A DNA stretch of 62,281 nt, the filler included. It is 4 parts of 4 records of this genome, joined end to end, with 100 filler letters (N's around TTAATTAATTAA, not from the genome) between each part and the next. Parts side by side here need not be neighbours in the genome. Positions count along the whole stretch, not along the records: positions 13,735 to 45,373 come from SRR20825019_2672; 3 more parts are not named here. One strand, written 5' to 3'. The notes under the pieces were generated by a model, which saw only the letters and a list, made by a program, of their open reading frames with translations, searched no databases and was not told the origin of the DNA. Shown here in pieces: positions 19,582 to 28,795 of this stretch (positions are counted from its first letter, which is position 1; the number at the start of each line of letters is the position of its first letter). The translations under genes were made by a program, and so were the position numbers.

Positions 19582-20450
19582 CGTCCGGCAGCCTTTCCGA
19601 ACAGGCCCGAGGGCTTCCACAACAGAACCCCGAGGAAGAGGAGATAGGTGGCGGCCAGGGTCAGGCCGGGATCGACATAGGTGGCCACCAGGGTTTCCAC
19701 CAGGCCGAGCAGAAGCCCGGCGACCAGCGCGCCCATGAGATTGCCCAGGCCCCCCATGATGACGATCACCAGCGCCTTCATGGTAAAGACCACACCCATG
19801 GAGGCGTTGAAGGTCTGATACATGGAGATCATCACCCCACCGGATGCGGCGAGCATGGTGCCAAGCGCAAAGGCAAAGCGTGCCGTGCGGTTGACGTCGA
19901 TGCCGACCAAGGGCGCTGCATCGGGATTGACGGCGATGGCGCGAATGGTGGTGCCCCAGCGGGTGCGGGTCAGCACATAGAATAACGTCGCGCCGATGAT
20001 GACAGCCAGCGCAAAGGCCAGCAGGCGATTGGCGGCAATATTGGTGCCCAGCACATTGATGCCGGTGTTGAGGAAATTGTAGCTCGTATAGTTCGAGCCG
20101 AAGACCACCAGCATGACGCCCTGGATCACGAACAGCAGGCCGAAGGTGGCCAGGATGGAATCCACTTCCAGCGTGCCGCTCTTTTTCGAGCGCGTCACCA
20201 GTGGCTGCATCATCACGCCATAGATGAGGTAACCGAAGGCGAAGGCCAGGGGCAGCACGATGGCGAGGCCAAGGATCGGATTGATCCCGAGAGTGGAGAA
20301 CAGCAGGAAGGCGGCAAAGGCGGCAAAGATCAAGATCTCGCCATAGGCAAGGTTCATGATGCGCGAGATGCCATATTGCAGGGTCAGCCCCATGGCGACC
20401 AGCGCATAGGTGCCGCCCAGCACCAGCCCGGTTATCAGTGTCGTGATCAT
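19578..20450 (-). CDS. HAAT ABC permease, LivH-like
   Basis: GGTYALVAMGLTL and MGGLGN motifs. Confidence 0.9.
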   Translation of the reverse strand: MITTLITGLVLGGTYALVAMGLTLQYGISRIMNLAYGEILIFAAFAAFLLFSTLGINPILGLAIVLPLAFAFGYLIYGVMMQPLVTRSKKSGTLEVDSILATFGLLFVIQGVMLVVFGSNYTSYNFLNTGINVLGTNIAANRLLAFALAVIIGATLFYVLTRTRWGTTIRAIAVNPDAAPLVGIDVNRTARFAFALGTMLAASGGVMISMYQTFNASMGVVFTMKALVIVIMGGLGNLMGALVAGLLLGLVETLVATYVDPGLTLAATYLLFLGVLLWKPSGLFGKAAGR

Positions 20451-20532
20451 CTAAATATTCACCTGTCCCAGCGCAGAGCGCGAGGTGGGCAGCCGCACGA
20501 GGCTATCGCACGGCCGCCGGGATTATGTGGTG

Positions 20533-21771
20533 TTACTGCGCCGGCCAGGGGGCCTTGGGCAGCCTGGGTGCAACCGCGCCTTCGCGATCCGACGGCGCGA
20601 CGGCGACAAAATTGCCGTCCTGCCATTGGCCACCGAACCAGAGCGTGCGCAGCTGGTTGTCCTCGAGCTTGACCTCGCCCAGCACGGTTTCGAATGTGCC
20701 GGTGGACAGTTCTTCGGACACCGCTTCACGATCGAGGCCGCGGCGCCTGATGGCTTCCTCAAGCATTTGCAGGCTGTTGTAGGTGATGACCGAACCCCAC
20801 CAATCGGGCGCCTGACCGATGAATTCGGTATGGCGGGCGCGGTATTCCATGACCGCTTCATTGGTGATGTCGATGCCGCCCAGGCTCATGATGCCCTCGA
20901 TCTTGTCGCCATTATTGGCGGCATAGACTGGGAAGCCGACGCCCACGCCCATATAGAGCACCTTGGGATTGTAGGCCGCGACCTGCGCCTGCTGGGTCAG
21001 CGCAAAGGTATCGGGCGGATAGGAAAAGGCCACGAAGGTGTCAGCGCCGGAAGCGGCAGCTTCATTCAGCATCGGTGTGAAGTCGGTGGTGCCGACAGGA
21101 TAGGTCACGTCATAGACGAGATTGATGCCGGCATCGGCAAAGGACTGGCGCGCGGCAGTGATCAGATCGATACCAAAGCCGTCGGCGACCGAGATGACCG
21201 CCACATCGTTGTTGATGGTGCCGGCTTCTTGCTGATCCGTGAGGATTTCGGCCAGGGCCTCAGTGTAGTCGTGGCCACCACCGAGCATCCAGAAGCTCTT
21301 GCTCCAGCGCGCCGCAAATTCGGGGGCCTTGTCCGTCACGGCCGACACGGCCAGCTGGGGATAGCCGAACCGGTCAAAGAGCGGCGCTGCGGCGAGATTG
21401 AAGCCGGTGCCCCAGGGCGGCAGGATGAAATCGACATTGTCCTGGGTCGCCAGACGCTCAATGGCGCGCACCACTTCTTCGGATGCCGAGCGGTCGTCAT
21501 ATTCGATCACTTCGATGGGCAGACGGGTGCCGTCGGGCATTTCGAGTCCGCCGGCCTCGTTCACTTCATGCACCCAGAGCTGGTAATTGGGCAGCGTTGT
21601 GATCCCGGCGCCGCCGGCATTGGCACCGGTCTTGGAAATGGCATAGCCGATCTTGACCGAATTGCGATCACCGGTGTCCTGGGCGATGACGGCCATGGTG
21701 CCGACACCGGCGAGCAGGGTCGCGGCAAGACCGATGGCGCGCAGGGTTGTCCTGCGTGAAAACAGTGTCAT
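20533..21771 (-). CDS. HAAT ABC substrate-binding protein (probably for an aromatic ligand), putative Tat signal
   Basis: SRRTTL signal; KIG.A.SKTG and YDD.S motifs; AGGAGG RBS; aromatic catabolic context. Confidence 0.88.
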   Translation of the reverse strand: MTLFSRRTTLRAIGLAATLLAGVGTMAVIAQDTGDRNSVKIGYAISKTGANAGGAGITTLPNYQLWVHEVNEAGGLEMPDGTRLPIEVIEYDDRSASEEVVRAIERLATQDNVDFILPPWGTGFNLAAAPLFDRFGYPQLAVSAVTDKAPEFAARWSKSFWMLGGGHDYTEALAEILTDQQEAGTINNDVAVISVADGFGIDLITAARQSFADAGINLVYDVTYPVGTTDFTPMLNEAAASGADTFVAFSYPPDTFALTQQAQVAAYNPKVLYMGVGVGFPVYAANNGDKIEGIMSLGGIDITNEAVMEYRARHTEFIGQAPDWWGSVITYNSLQMLEEAIRRRGLDREAVSEELSTGTFETVLGEVKLEDNQLRTLWFGGQWQDGNFVAVAPSDREGAVAPRLPKAPWPAQ

Positions 21772-21926
21772 GGGTTCCTCCTGTGGGCCCGTTTGCCGGG
21801 CCGGTCGAGCCGGGATGTTTTGCACTGTTCTCCGGCTACTGACCGAACGCTACACGGGAAGCTGCCCCAACAAGAATAGACTTTTTTCGGAGAAACTTGT
21901 ACTTTTGCCGGGATATCGAGGGGAAA

Positions 21927-22820
21927 ATGCGCCAGATCGAGACACCAGCTACTGTCCGCACCCATGTCGACCTGGCCCGCGAACTGGACGGCCAGGTGAT
22001 CGCCACAACGCTGGATACGGCGCGATGGACATTGCCGGGCGGACAGAATTGCGTTTTTGTCCTCGCTTCGGGCGCCGGCACCGTCTCGACCCAGGGTGAG
22101 ACCACGCCGCTGCAGGCCCCCAACCTCATCTGGATTCCGGCCAGTCAACGCGCCGACTTGATGTTGCAGGCCGGGGCACGCGGGGCCTGGCTGTCGATTT
22201 CCGACATTGCGCTTGGCCAGATTGCCCTGCCCGGCAATATTGCCGAGGACATGCGGCGCTTTGCGGCACGACCCCAATTAGGCACCCGTATCGAGCGCGA
22301 CGTGGCGGCGCGGCTGGCGACCCTGTTCGCCCTGATGACCGAGGAATTGCGCTTTGACGCCTCCGGCTCGCAGGACATGGTGCGGCATCAATTGGCCATT
22401 GTGGCGATCCTGCTCTGGCGCACCTCGGACCTTGCCCCGTCCACGGCCCGGCCCGCACCACGCACAATCGTGAGCAATTTTCTCACCATGGTGGACCAGC
22501 AAATGCGCTCGCACTGGACGGTCGCCCATTATGCCCGCTACCTGGGTGTCAGCGTCGACCGGCTGACCAGTGCCGTGCAACGCGCCACGGGACAAACGCC
22601 GCTGGCCCTGATCCATGCGCGGTTGTTTGCCGAGGCGCGGCAAATGATCGAGAATTCCGGCCTGCAGATCGCAGAGATCTCTGCCCATCTGGGCTTTGAC
22701 GACCCGGCCTATTTTTCACGCTTCTTCAAGCGGCTGGGCGGCAAGTCACCCCGGCAGTACCGGCAGGAGGCGGCAATGGGCCAGGTGCGTGATGGTGGCT
22801 CCTATGCCGCCTGGCCGTAG
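21927..22820 (+). CDS. AraC-family regulator (PobR-like)
   Basis: C-terminal W.VAHYA.YLG and LGFDDPAYFSRFFKR HTH; divergent from the ABC operon. Confidence 0.92.
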   Translation: MRQIETPATVRTHVDLARELDGQVIATTLDTARWTLPGGQNCVFVLASGAGTVSTQGETTPLQAPNLIWIPASQRADLMLQAGARGAWLSISDIALGQIALPGNIAEDMRRFAARPQLGTRIERDVAARLATLFALMTEELRFDASGSQDMVRHQLAIVAILLWRTSDLAPSTARPAPRTIVSNFLTMVDQQMRSHWTVAHYARYLGVSVDRLTSAVQRATGQTPLALIHARLFAEARQMIENSGLQIAEISAHLGFDDPAYFSRFFKRLGGKSPRQYRQEAAMGQVRDGGSYAAWP

Positions 22821-22835
22821 GCGTTTCCGTTCCGG

Positions 22836-24170
22836 CTATTGCTCGTGGAAGGCACGCGCCATGGAGTCTGTGACCGGCTTGACCAGATAGTCGAGGAAGG
22901 TCCGCTCGCGGGTGCGCACCAGCACCTCGGCCGGCATGCCCGGGGTCGGCGAGAAGCCAGGAATGCGTCCGATCTGATCTGGCGAAATGGTTATGCGCGC
23001 CAGATAGACGTCGCGTTGCGTGCCCTGTGTCCCGGTGATCGTATCAGCGGAAATGTACTGCACCTGGCCTTCGAGTACCGGCGTCGTGCGCTGATTGAGG
23101 GCCGTGAGGCGGATATTGGCCGCCTGCCCTTCCTTGACCTCGTCGATCTGCATGCGGGGGATCTGGACCTCGACAATCAGAGGGACGTCGGCGGGCAGGA
23201 TCTCGAAGATCGGCAGGCCACTTTCGACCACGCCGCCCGTGGTATGGTAGTACATGCGCACAATGGTGCCGGCGACCGGGGAAGAAATCGTGGTGCGGTT
23301 GAGGATGTTCTGGGCCTGCAGGGTCTGTTCGCGCAGCGCTTCGAGTTCGGCTTCAACAGTCTGCATCTCATCGAGCGCAGCCTGGCGGACAGCGTCCCGC
23401 GCCTGAACGATCTCGCCAGTGTATTTCTCGATCTGGGTATAGGTCTCCTGGACTTCAGACTCGAGACGGGAAATATCGCCCTCGGCATCAAAGACCGCCC
23501 GTTCGACGGAGCGCACGGAAGATTGGGCCACCACACCCTTCTCGAACAGTTCGAGCATGGCCACGTGGTCCTCGCGCAGGAGCGCCATCTGGCTTTGCAT
23601 GGACGCGATCTGGGCCTGGCGGCCGCTGATGCGGAAGCGCAGGGCGGCCAGATTCTGTTCGATCAATTGCAGTTCGTTGGTGAGCTTTTCGCGCCCCGCC
23701 TTGAAATTGGTGCGCTGCCCTTCGACCACCGCGGCGATGTCAGGATTGTCCATATGGTCCTTGACGGAATCGGGGGGCACATATTCGTCCAGTTCCAGGG
23801 CTTCGGCATTGAGCCGGGCGCGAATGGCCTCAAGCCGGATAACGCGCAATTGCAATTGCTTGGTCGCTGCACTGGCGGAGGTTTCGTCAAGCAGCAACAG
23901 GCTTTGCCCGGCGATCACCTGCTCGCCTTCGCGCACCAGCAGGTCCTTGATGATGCCGCCTTCGAAATGCTGAACGATCTTGTTCTCGCCGGTGGCAACA
24001 AAGCTGCCCTGAGCAATGACAGCGGCCGAGAGCGGCGCTGTCGCCGACCATGTTCCGAAGCCGCCAAAGGCCAGCGCCACCAGCAACGCTCCGATCCAGA
24101 CCGGTGTGCGGATGGAGCGCGGTACACCGCTGTACCATTCCAGATTCTGAAGTTCACCAACGGCAGACAT
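22836..24170 (-). CDS. Type I secretion membrane fusion protein (HlyD/PrtE family)
   Basis: N-terminal TM; K.VQHFEGGII..LLVREG; coiled coil; I.SPVAG and PGMPAEV...T.ERT..YL.KP motifs. Confidence 0.95.
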   Translation of the reverse strand: MSAVGELQNLEWYSGVPRSIRTPVWIGALLVALAFGGFGTWSATAPLSAAVIAQGSFVATGENKIVQHFEGGIIKDLLVREGEQVIAGQSLLLLDETSASAATKQLQLRVIRLEAIRARLNAEALELDEYVPPDSVKDHMDNPDIAAVVEGQRTNFKAGREKLTNELQLIEQNLAALRFRISGRQAQIASMQSQMALLREDHVAMLELFEKGVVAQSSVRSVERAVFDAEGDISRLESEVQETYTQIEKYTGEIVQARDAVRQAALDEMQTVEAELEALREQTLQAQNILNRTTISSPVAGTIVRMYYHTTGGVVESGLPIFEILPADVPLIVEVQIPRMQIDEVKEGQAANIRLTALNQRTTPVLEGQVQYISADTITGTQGTQRDVYLARITISPDQIGRIPGFSPTPGMPAEVLVRTRERTFLDYLVKPVTDSMARAFHEQ

Positions 24171-24173
24171 GGT

Positions 24174-26660
24174 CTAGTTCTCCTCCGATGGCTTGGACAC
24201 GTTGATGGCCGTGGGATTGTTCCCCGACTTGCCGGTCAAAGCCGCCATGACCTCGGACCGCGTGCCGAACATGGAAACCGAGCCATTATTGAGCACCAGG
24301 ATCTTGTCCACGACATTGAGCAGGGCTGGCCGCTGGGTGATGGTCACGACGGTGATCTTTTGTTTGCGGGCATGTTCGAGCGCCTTGGCCAGCGCCGCCT
24401 CGCCCTGTGAGTCGAGATTGGAATTCGGTTCGTCCAGCACCACCAGCTTGGGATTGCCGAAGAAGGCACGCGCCAGGGCGATACGCTGCTTCTGTCCCCC
24501 GGACAGGGGCGCCCCGTCGGCAGCGACAAAGGTCTCGTAGCCTTGCGAGAGACCGGCAATCAGCTCATGCACATCGGCCAGCACCGCGGCCTCGAAAATG
24601 TCCTTGTCGCTGACATCCTCGCGCATGCGGGCAATGTTGGCCTTGATGGTGCCGGGGAAGAGCTGCACGTCCTGCGGGAGATAGCCGATATTCTCGCCGA
24701 ACTGGCGTTGGTCCCAGTTGCGCAAATCCATCAGGTCGAGCCGCACCGAGCCTGAGGTGGGCAGGATGGACCCCACCAGCATCTTGCCCAGTGTCGTCTT
24801 GCCGGATCCCGAATTGCCGATCACGGCCAGGGATTCCCCAGGCATCAGGGAGAACGTAATGCCGTTGAGCAAGACCTTCTTGTTTGGCGGTGGAACGAAA
24901 AGAATGCGCTCCACATCCAGCCGGCCCTTTGGCTCTGGCAGCAGCAGGCGTTCAAAGTTGAACGGGCTTGAGTTGAGCAGCCCCTTGATGCGTCCGAAGG
25001 AGGCGCGGAACTGAGAAAAGCCGTTCCAGCCTTCAATCGTGCCTTCAATCGGGGTGAGCGCGCGGGCTGCGATGATCGAACCAGCGATGACCATGCCACC
25101 GGTGATTTCACCCTGGATCGCCAAATAGGCGCCCCAGCCGAGCATGGCCACCTGGGTGAGCAGACGCACGCCCTTGGAAATGCTCGACATGATGATGTTG
25201 CGATCCTGGGCCTTCACCTGAGCCTGCAGCGACCCGGCGGTATCCCTGCCCCAGATGCGCACCACCTCGGGGATCATCGCCAGGGCGTTGATGATCTGGG
25301 AATTGCGCGACATGGAATCGAGGTGCAGGGCGGCGCGGCTCAGCAGATTATTGGCATCGGTGAAGGGGCGGGCGGTCATGCGCTGATTGATCATGGCGAT
25401 GATCAGCAGGCAGATCGATGCGCCCACCACGATAAAGCCAAGCTGGGGATGAATCAGAAATACGGCCAGCACAAAGAGCGGCGCCATGGGGGCATCGAGG
25501 AAGGACAGCAACGTCCCCGAAACGATAAAGCTGCGCAATTGCTGCAGATCGCCCAGGACCTGATAGTCGCGGCCGTTGCTATGCAGTGAGGCCCGCGCCG
25601 CAGCGCTGAGAATGGGGGAGCCCAGTTGCACGGCAATCTCGACAGCGGTGCGCATGAGGATGAAACGACGCACCGCATCGAGAATGGCCTGCAGGACCAC
25701 CGCGCCGACCACGGCGGCGGTCAGCATGACCAGAGTGTCCATCGAACGGCTTGTCAGCACGCGGTCCGAGATCTGGAACAGGTAGATCGGGATTGCCAGC
25801 ACCAGAATGTTGATGAAGACCGTAAAGCCCATGACGATGCTGAGATTGGTCCGCACCACCGCCATGCCATTGGCCAGGCTCTGGGTGAAATTGGGCTGGG
25901 CGGCGCGTTTATGGAAGCCCGCGCCGCCGCCGCCCCTGCCCCCTCCATTGCCCGAGCCGTTCGAGCCCTTGCCGCCGCCATCGCCAGAGGAGGTTTTGCT
26001 GGTCGATTTGAGCGGCCCGCGGTCACCCTCCACGATGGGTGGAATGCGGGTTTTGGGCTTGTCCGGTTCCGGCGTTCGGAAGTCGCGTTGTGGCCATTCT
26101 GCACGGGCCTGGTCTGCCTGCGCGGGTTGAGGCTCTTTGTTTGGCGGCGGCGCGGGTTCTGGCTGCGGCGCAGTCTGTCGCGCCTCGCGCGCGGGCTCTG
26201 GTTCCGCTGCGGCCTGGCGCGCCTGCGGCGCGGGATCGGTGATGGGTTCCGGTGTCGCTGTCGCATGAGCGGCAACAGCCGGTGCCGGATCGGTCATGGG
26301 CTCTGGATGAGCCGCCACTTGCTCCGGAGGTGTTGACACATTGTTGCTTTGTGCTGGCTGATCTGAGCTCACCGGCGGTGCGGGCTGGGCCTCGGCAGGC
26401 CGTGGACGCAGGACCGCGCGGGGCGGCAGAGTGCCCTTCCCCCCCCTGGCAGATGGCGATTCCACCGCGCGTTGCGCGCTGTTGTCCTCATCGGACTGGG
26501 ATGGCGGCGCATGGCTGCGGGCCAGTTCGTCGAGTTCGGCGGCCGCCAGATGGATATCGTCCATGATCTGATCCATCCGATCGGCCCGGACCTGGTTGGC
26601 GTGGCGCGGTTGACTTCCCAACGCCTGTTGGTCGGTGCGGCTCAGGTGCTCAAAAGTCAT
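24174..26660 (-). CDS. Type I secretion ABC permease/ATPase (PrtD family) with ~248-aa low-complexity N-terminal extension
   Basis: Q..DRVLTSRS..TL, GNSGSGKTT, GYLPQDVQLF.GT, LSGGQKQRI and LDEPNSNLD motifs. Confidence 0.95.
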   Translation of the reverse strand: MTFEHLSRTDQQALGSQPRHANQVRADRMDQIMDDIHLAAAELDELARSHAPPSQSDEDNSAQRAVESPSARGGKGTLPPRAVLRPRPAEAQPAPPVSSDQPAQSNNVSTPPEQVAAHPEPMTDPAPAVAAHATATPEPITDPAPQARQAAAEPEPAREARQTAPQPEPAPPPNKEPQPAQADQARAEWPQRDFRTPEPDKPKTRIPPIVEGDRGPLKSTSKTSSGDGGGKGSNGSGNGGGRGGGGAGFHKRAAQPNFTQSLANGMAVVRTNLSIVMGFTVFINILVLAIPIYLFQISDRVLTSRSMDTLVMLTAAVVGAVVLQAILDAVRRFILMRTAVEIAVQLGSPILSAAARASLHSNGRDYQVLGDLQQLRSFIVSGTLLSFLDAPMAPLFVLAVFLIHPQLGFIVVGASICLLIIAMINQRMTARPFTDANNLLSRAALHLDSMSRNSQIINALAMIPEVVRIWGRDTAGSLQAQVKAQDRNIIMSSISKGVRLLTQVAMLGWGAYLAIQGEITGGMVIAGSIIAARALTPIEGTIEGWNGFSQFRASFGRIKGLLNSSPFNFERLLLPEPKGRLDVERILFVPPPNKKVLLNGITFSLMPGESLAVIGNSGSGKTTLGKMLVGSILPTSGSVRLDLMDLRNWDQRQFGENIGYLPQDVQLFPGTIKANIARMREDVSDKDIFEAAVLADVHELIAGLSQGYETFVAADGAPLSGGQKQRIALARAFFGNPKLVVLDEPNSNLDSQGEAALAKALEHARKQKITVVTITQRPALLNVVDKILVLNNGSVSMFGTRSEVMAALTGKSGNNPTAINVSKPSEEN

Positions 26661-26681
26661 GTGCTCTATCCGGATACTAAA

Positions 26682-28685
26682 TTACGCAAGGACGGATTGC
26701 ATGAGGTCGACCGGGGCCGCGTCATGGGTCGTGTCGCCAAGGGCGTAGTCGGCGTTTTCGGCGAACGTTTCGGTGTGATCGAGAAAAGCGACGACTTCGC
26801 TCACCAGAGCATCATCATCATCGCAATCGTCCTGGGCCTCGAGGATATTGGCCTGGATCAGGATGGTGTCGGAGTAGTGGTCGCCGCCCACTTCGATGCT
26901 GTCACCAAAGGTGTCGTAGTCCTTGATGGCGGCCATATTGACCAGCGCATTGGAGCCGGTGTCGATGTCCCACTCGGTGGCGGGCTGCCCATCAAGGAAG
27001 GCCTTTTTCTGCAAGGCGACGAAATCCGCGTCCCCCAGAATATTGGTCTGTTCGATATAGCGCAGATCGTAGATGCTGCCGGAAACATAGAGCACGCGGG
27101 GAATTGCAATGCCCTCGAAGTCGTCAGACGCATAAAAACTGGACGGCATGGACTTGTTGCCACTGGCAAGGCCGTCCATGGCGTCCTGGTAGTGCTCGGA
27201 AATGCCGGACTTTACCTCGGTGGCCCCGACATTGTGGATCGAGGCCTGGTTCCAGAGCAGATTGTTGGAGGTGTTGAGACTGCCCGAGGCAGCATAGTCC
27301 CCATCACCGCCTGAACCGAGCATGGTGATGGTGTCATTGTCGTACAGAATATTGTTCTGCACGATGACGTTGGCATCAAACACATTGCCGCCGACCAGGA
27401 TGAGATCGAAGAGCGAGCCGATATTGGCGAAGTTCACACCGTTGAAGCCAATATTCTCGCCACTGGTCACCACGGCATCGCTGCCGGTTGCCGACAGCAC
27501 ACCGACATCCTCATCGGACATGAAGGTGAGCTGTTTCATCCACTCAAGGAAAATGATGTCGCCCGAGACGCATGTGACCTGCCAGTTCTGCGGCATAACA
27601 TCGGGATTCGCCTCGGCGGCAGCGCCGGCGGCATCGAAGGTTTCCTGCACGAAGGTGGCGACATTGACCGCGTTGGTTCCTCCGCCTGCCTGTGCGGCCA
27701 GCGGGAAGTCATCGTTGACATAATCAGTGTCACTGTAGGCGTTCGTCTGGATGATGGCGTCGAGCTGGTGCAAATTCCCGCCGACGACGAAATGGGTCCC
27801 GACCATGCCACCATTGAGCACGGTGGCCTCGTTGACCAGGAAATTGCCGCCACTTTTGAAGGTGACCGACCCCTCGGTAACATCGTTCTCAATCTGGAGA
27901 TGGGCCTCGTGCTCGCCAGTGACCTTGATGGTATCGGGGGGCGTTGCGTCTTCGGGCTCTTCCTGCAGATGTTCTGGCAGCGTATCGGTCAGCTCAGGCG
28001 CTTCGGTTTCGAGCTGGCCGTTGACATAGGTCCCGGTCAGGGACTCGACCAGTTCAAACTGGGTGTCGGGATTGGACTGATGGGCCGTGGCGGTCGCGTT
28101 CACCGCGTCGATGACCAGAGGGACATCGTCATAGCTAGAAATGCCGGGGCCGGCACCGATGGGGCCAAGCACGGCATTGCTTGCTGCCTGCAGCCCGAGC
28201 AAGCCAGCGTCGGCGCCGGACTGATAGGTCAAGGGCTCGTCCAGCGTGCCCATGACGAAGACGTCATCATCGGAAAGGCTGATGGTCTGGGAGAAGACCG
28301 CGATGACGGAGCCGGGCTCGGTGCCGATCAGCGGGATCACGATATCGCCTGGGCCCGTGGGCCATTGGGACAGCGGCGAGTCCAGGTCGGAGGCGGTGAA
28401 ATCGGGGGTATTGGCCAGACCAATATTTGTCGGACCGAACATCACCTCGCCGCGGATCAGGAACTCGGGAGGGGCGTAGAACACGCCAGGGGCATAATTG
28501 CCCAGGGCATAGGCCTGGATAACGTCGACGGAAACCTGCTGCATTTCCGGCGTTTCGGGCGCCGCTTCGGCTTCATGCTCGGCCAGAGCCATTTCCAGCC
28601 GGACCTTCATGTCCTCAGCGGCAATCTGGAAGTAGCCGAGAAAGTGGGCGACAATTTCTGAAAGGGGATCACTTGGAAAAAACAC
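26682..28685 (-). CDS. Acidic 667-aa repeat protein, putative T1SS substrate or accessory subunit
   Basis: GTG start with AGGAGG RBS; no signal peptide; alternating QxNxLxDxD and GxNxLxNxA motifs; directly upstream of the T1SS ABC gene. Confidence 0.75.
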   Translation of the reverse strand: MFFPSDPLSEIVAHFLGYFQIAAEDMKVRLEMALAEHEAEAAPETPEMQQVSVDVIQAYALGNYAPGVFYAPPEFLIRGEVMFGPTNIGLANTPDFTASDLDSPLSQWPTGPGDIVIPLIGTEPGSVIAVFSQTISLSDDDVFVMGTLDEPLTYQSGADAGLLGLQAASNAVLGPIGAGPGISSYDDVPLVIDAVNATATAHQSNPDTQFELVESLTGTYVNGQLETEAPELTDTLPEHLQEEPEDATPPDTIKVTGEHEAHLQIENDVTEGSVTFKSGGNFLVNEATVLNGGMVGTHFVVGGNLHQLDAIIQTNAYSDTDYVNDDFPLAAQAGGGTNAVNVATFVQETFDAAGAAAEANPDVMPQNWQVTCVSGDIIFLEWMKQLTFMSDEDVGVLSATGSDAVVTSGENIGFNGVNFANIGSLFDLILVGGNVFDANVIVQNNILYDNDTITMLGSGGDGDYAASGSLNTSNNLLWNQASIHNVGATEVKSGISEHYQDAMDGLASGNKSMPSSFYASDDFEGIAIPRVLYVSGSIYDLRYIEQTNILGDADFVALQKKAFLDGQPATEWDIDTGSNALVNMAAIKDYDTFGDSIEVGGDHYSDTILIQANILEAQDDCDDDDALVSEVVAFLDHTETFAENADYALGDTTHDAAPVDLMQSVLA

Positions 28686-28738
28686 GGGACACCTCCTACT
28701 CGCCAATTCGATTCCCAGCGGACTGGCGGAAGTAAGAT

Positions 28739-28771
28739 GATCTGCGCGGTGGGGGCGCTACCGCGCAGATC
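28739..28771 (-). terminator. Intra-operon hairpin (mRNA stabiliser or partial terminator)
   Basis: GATCTGCGCGGT-N9-ACCGCGCAGATC, a 12-bp stem just downstream of the repeat-protein gene. Confidence 0.6.
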
Positions 28772-28795
28772 TTTGCAAGCGTTGGGGGCGCTCGC

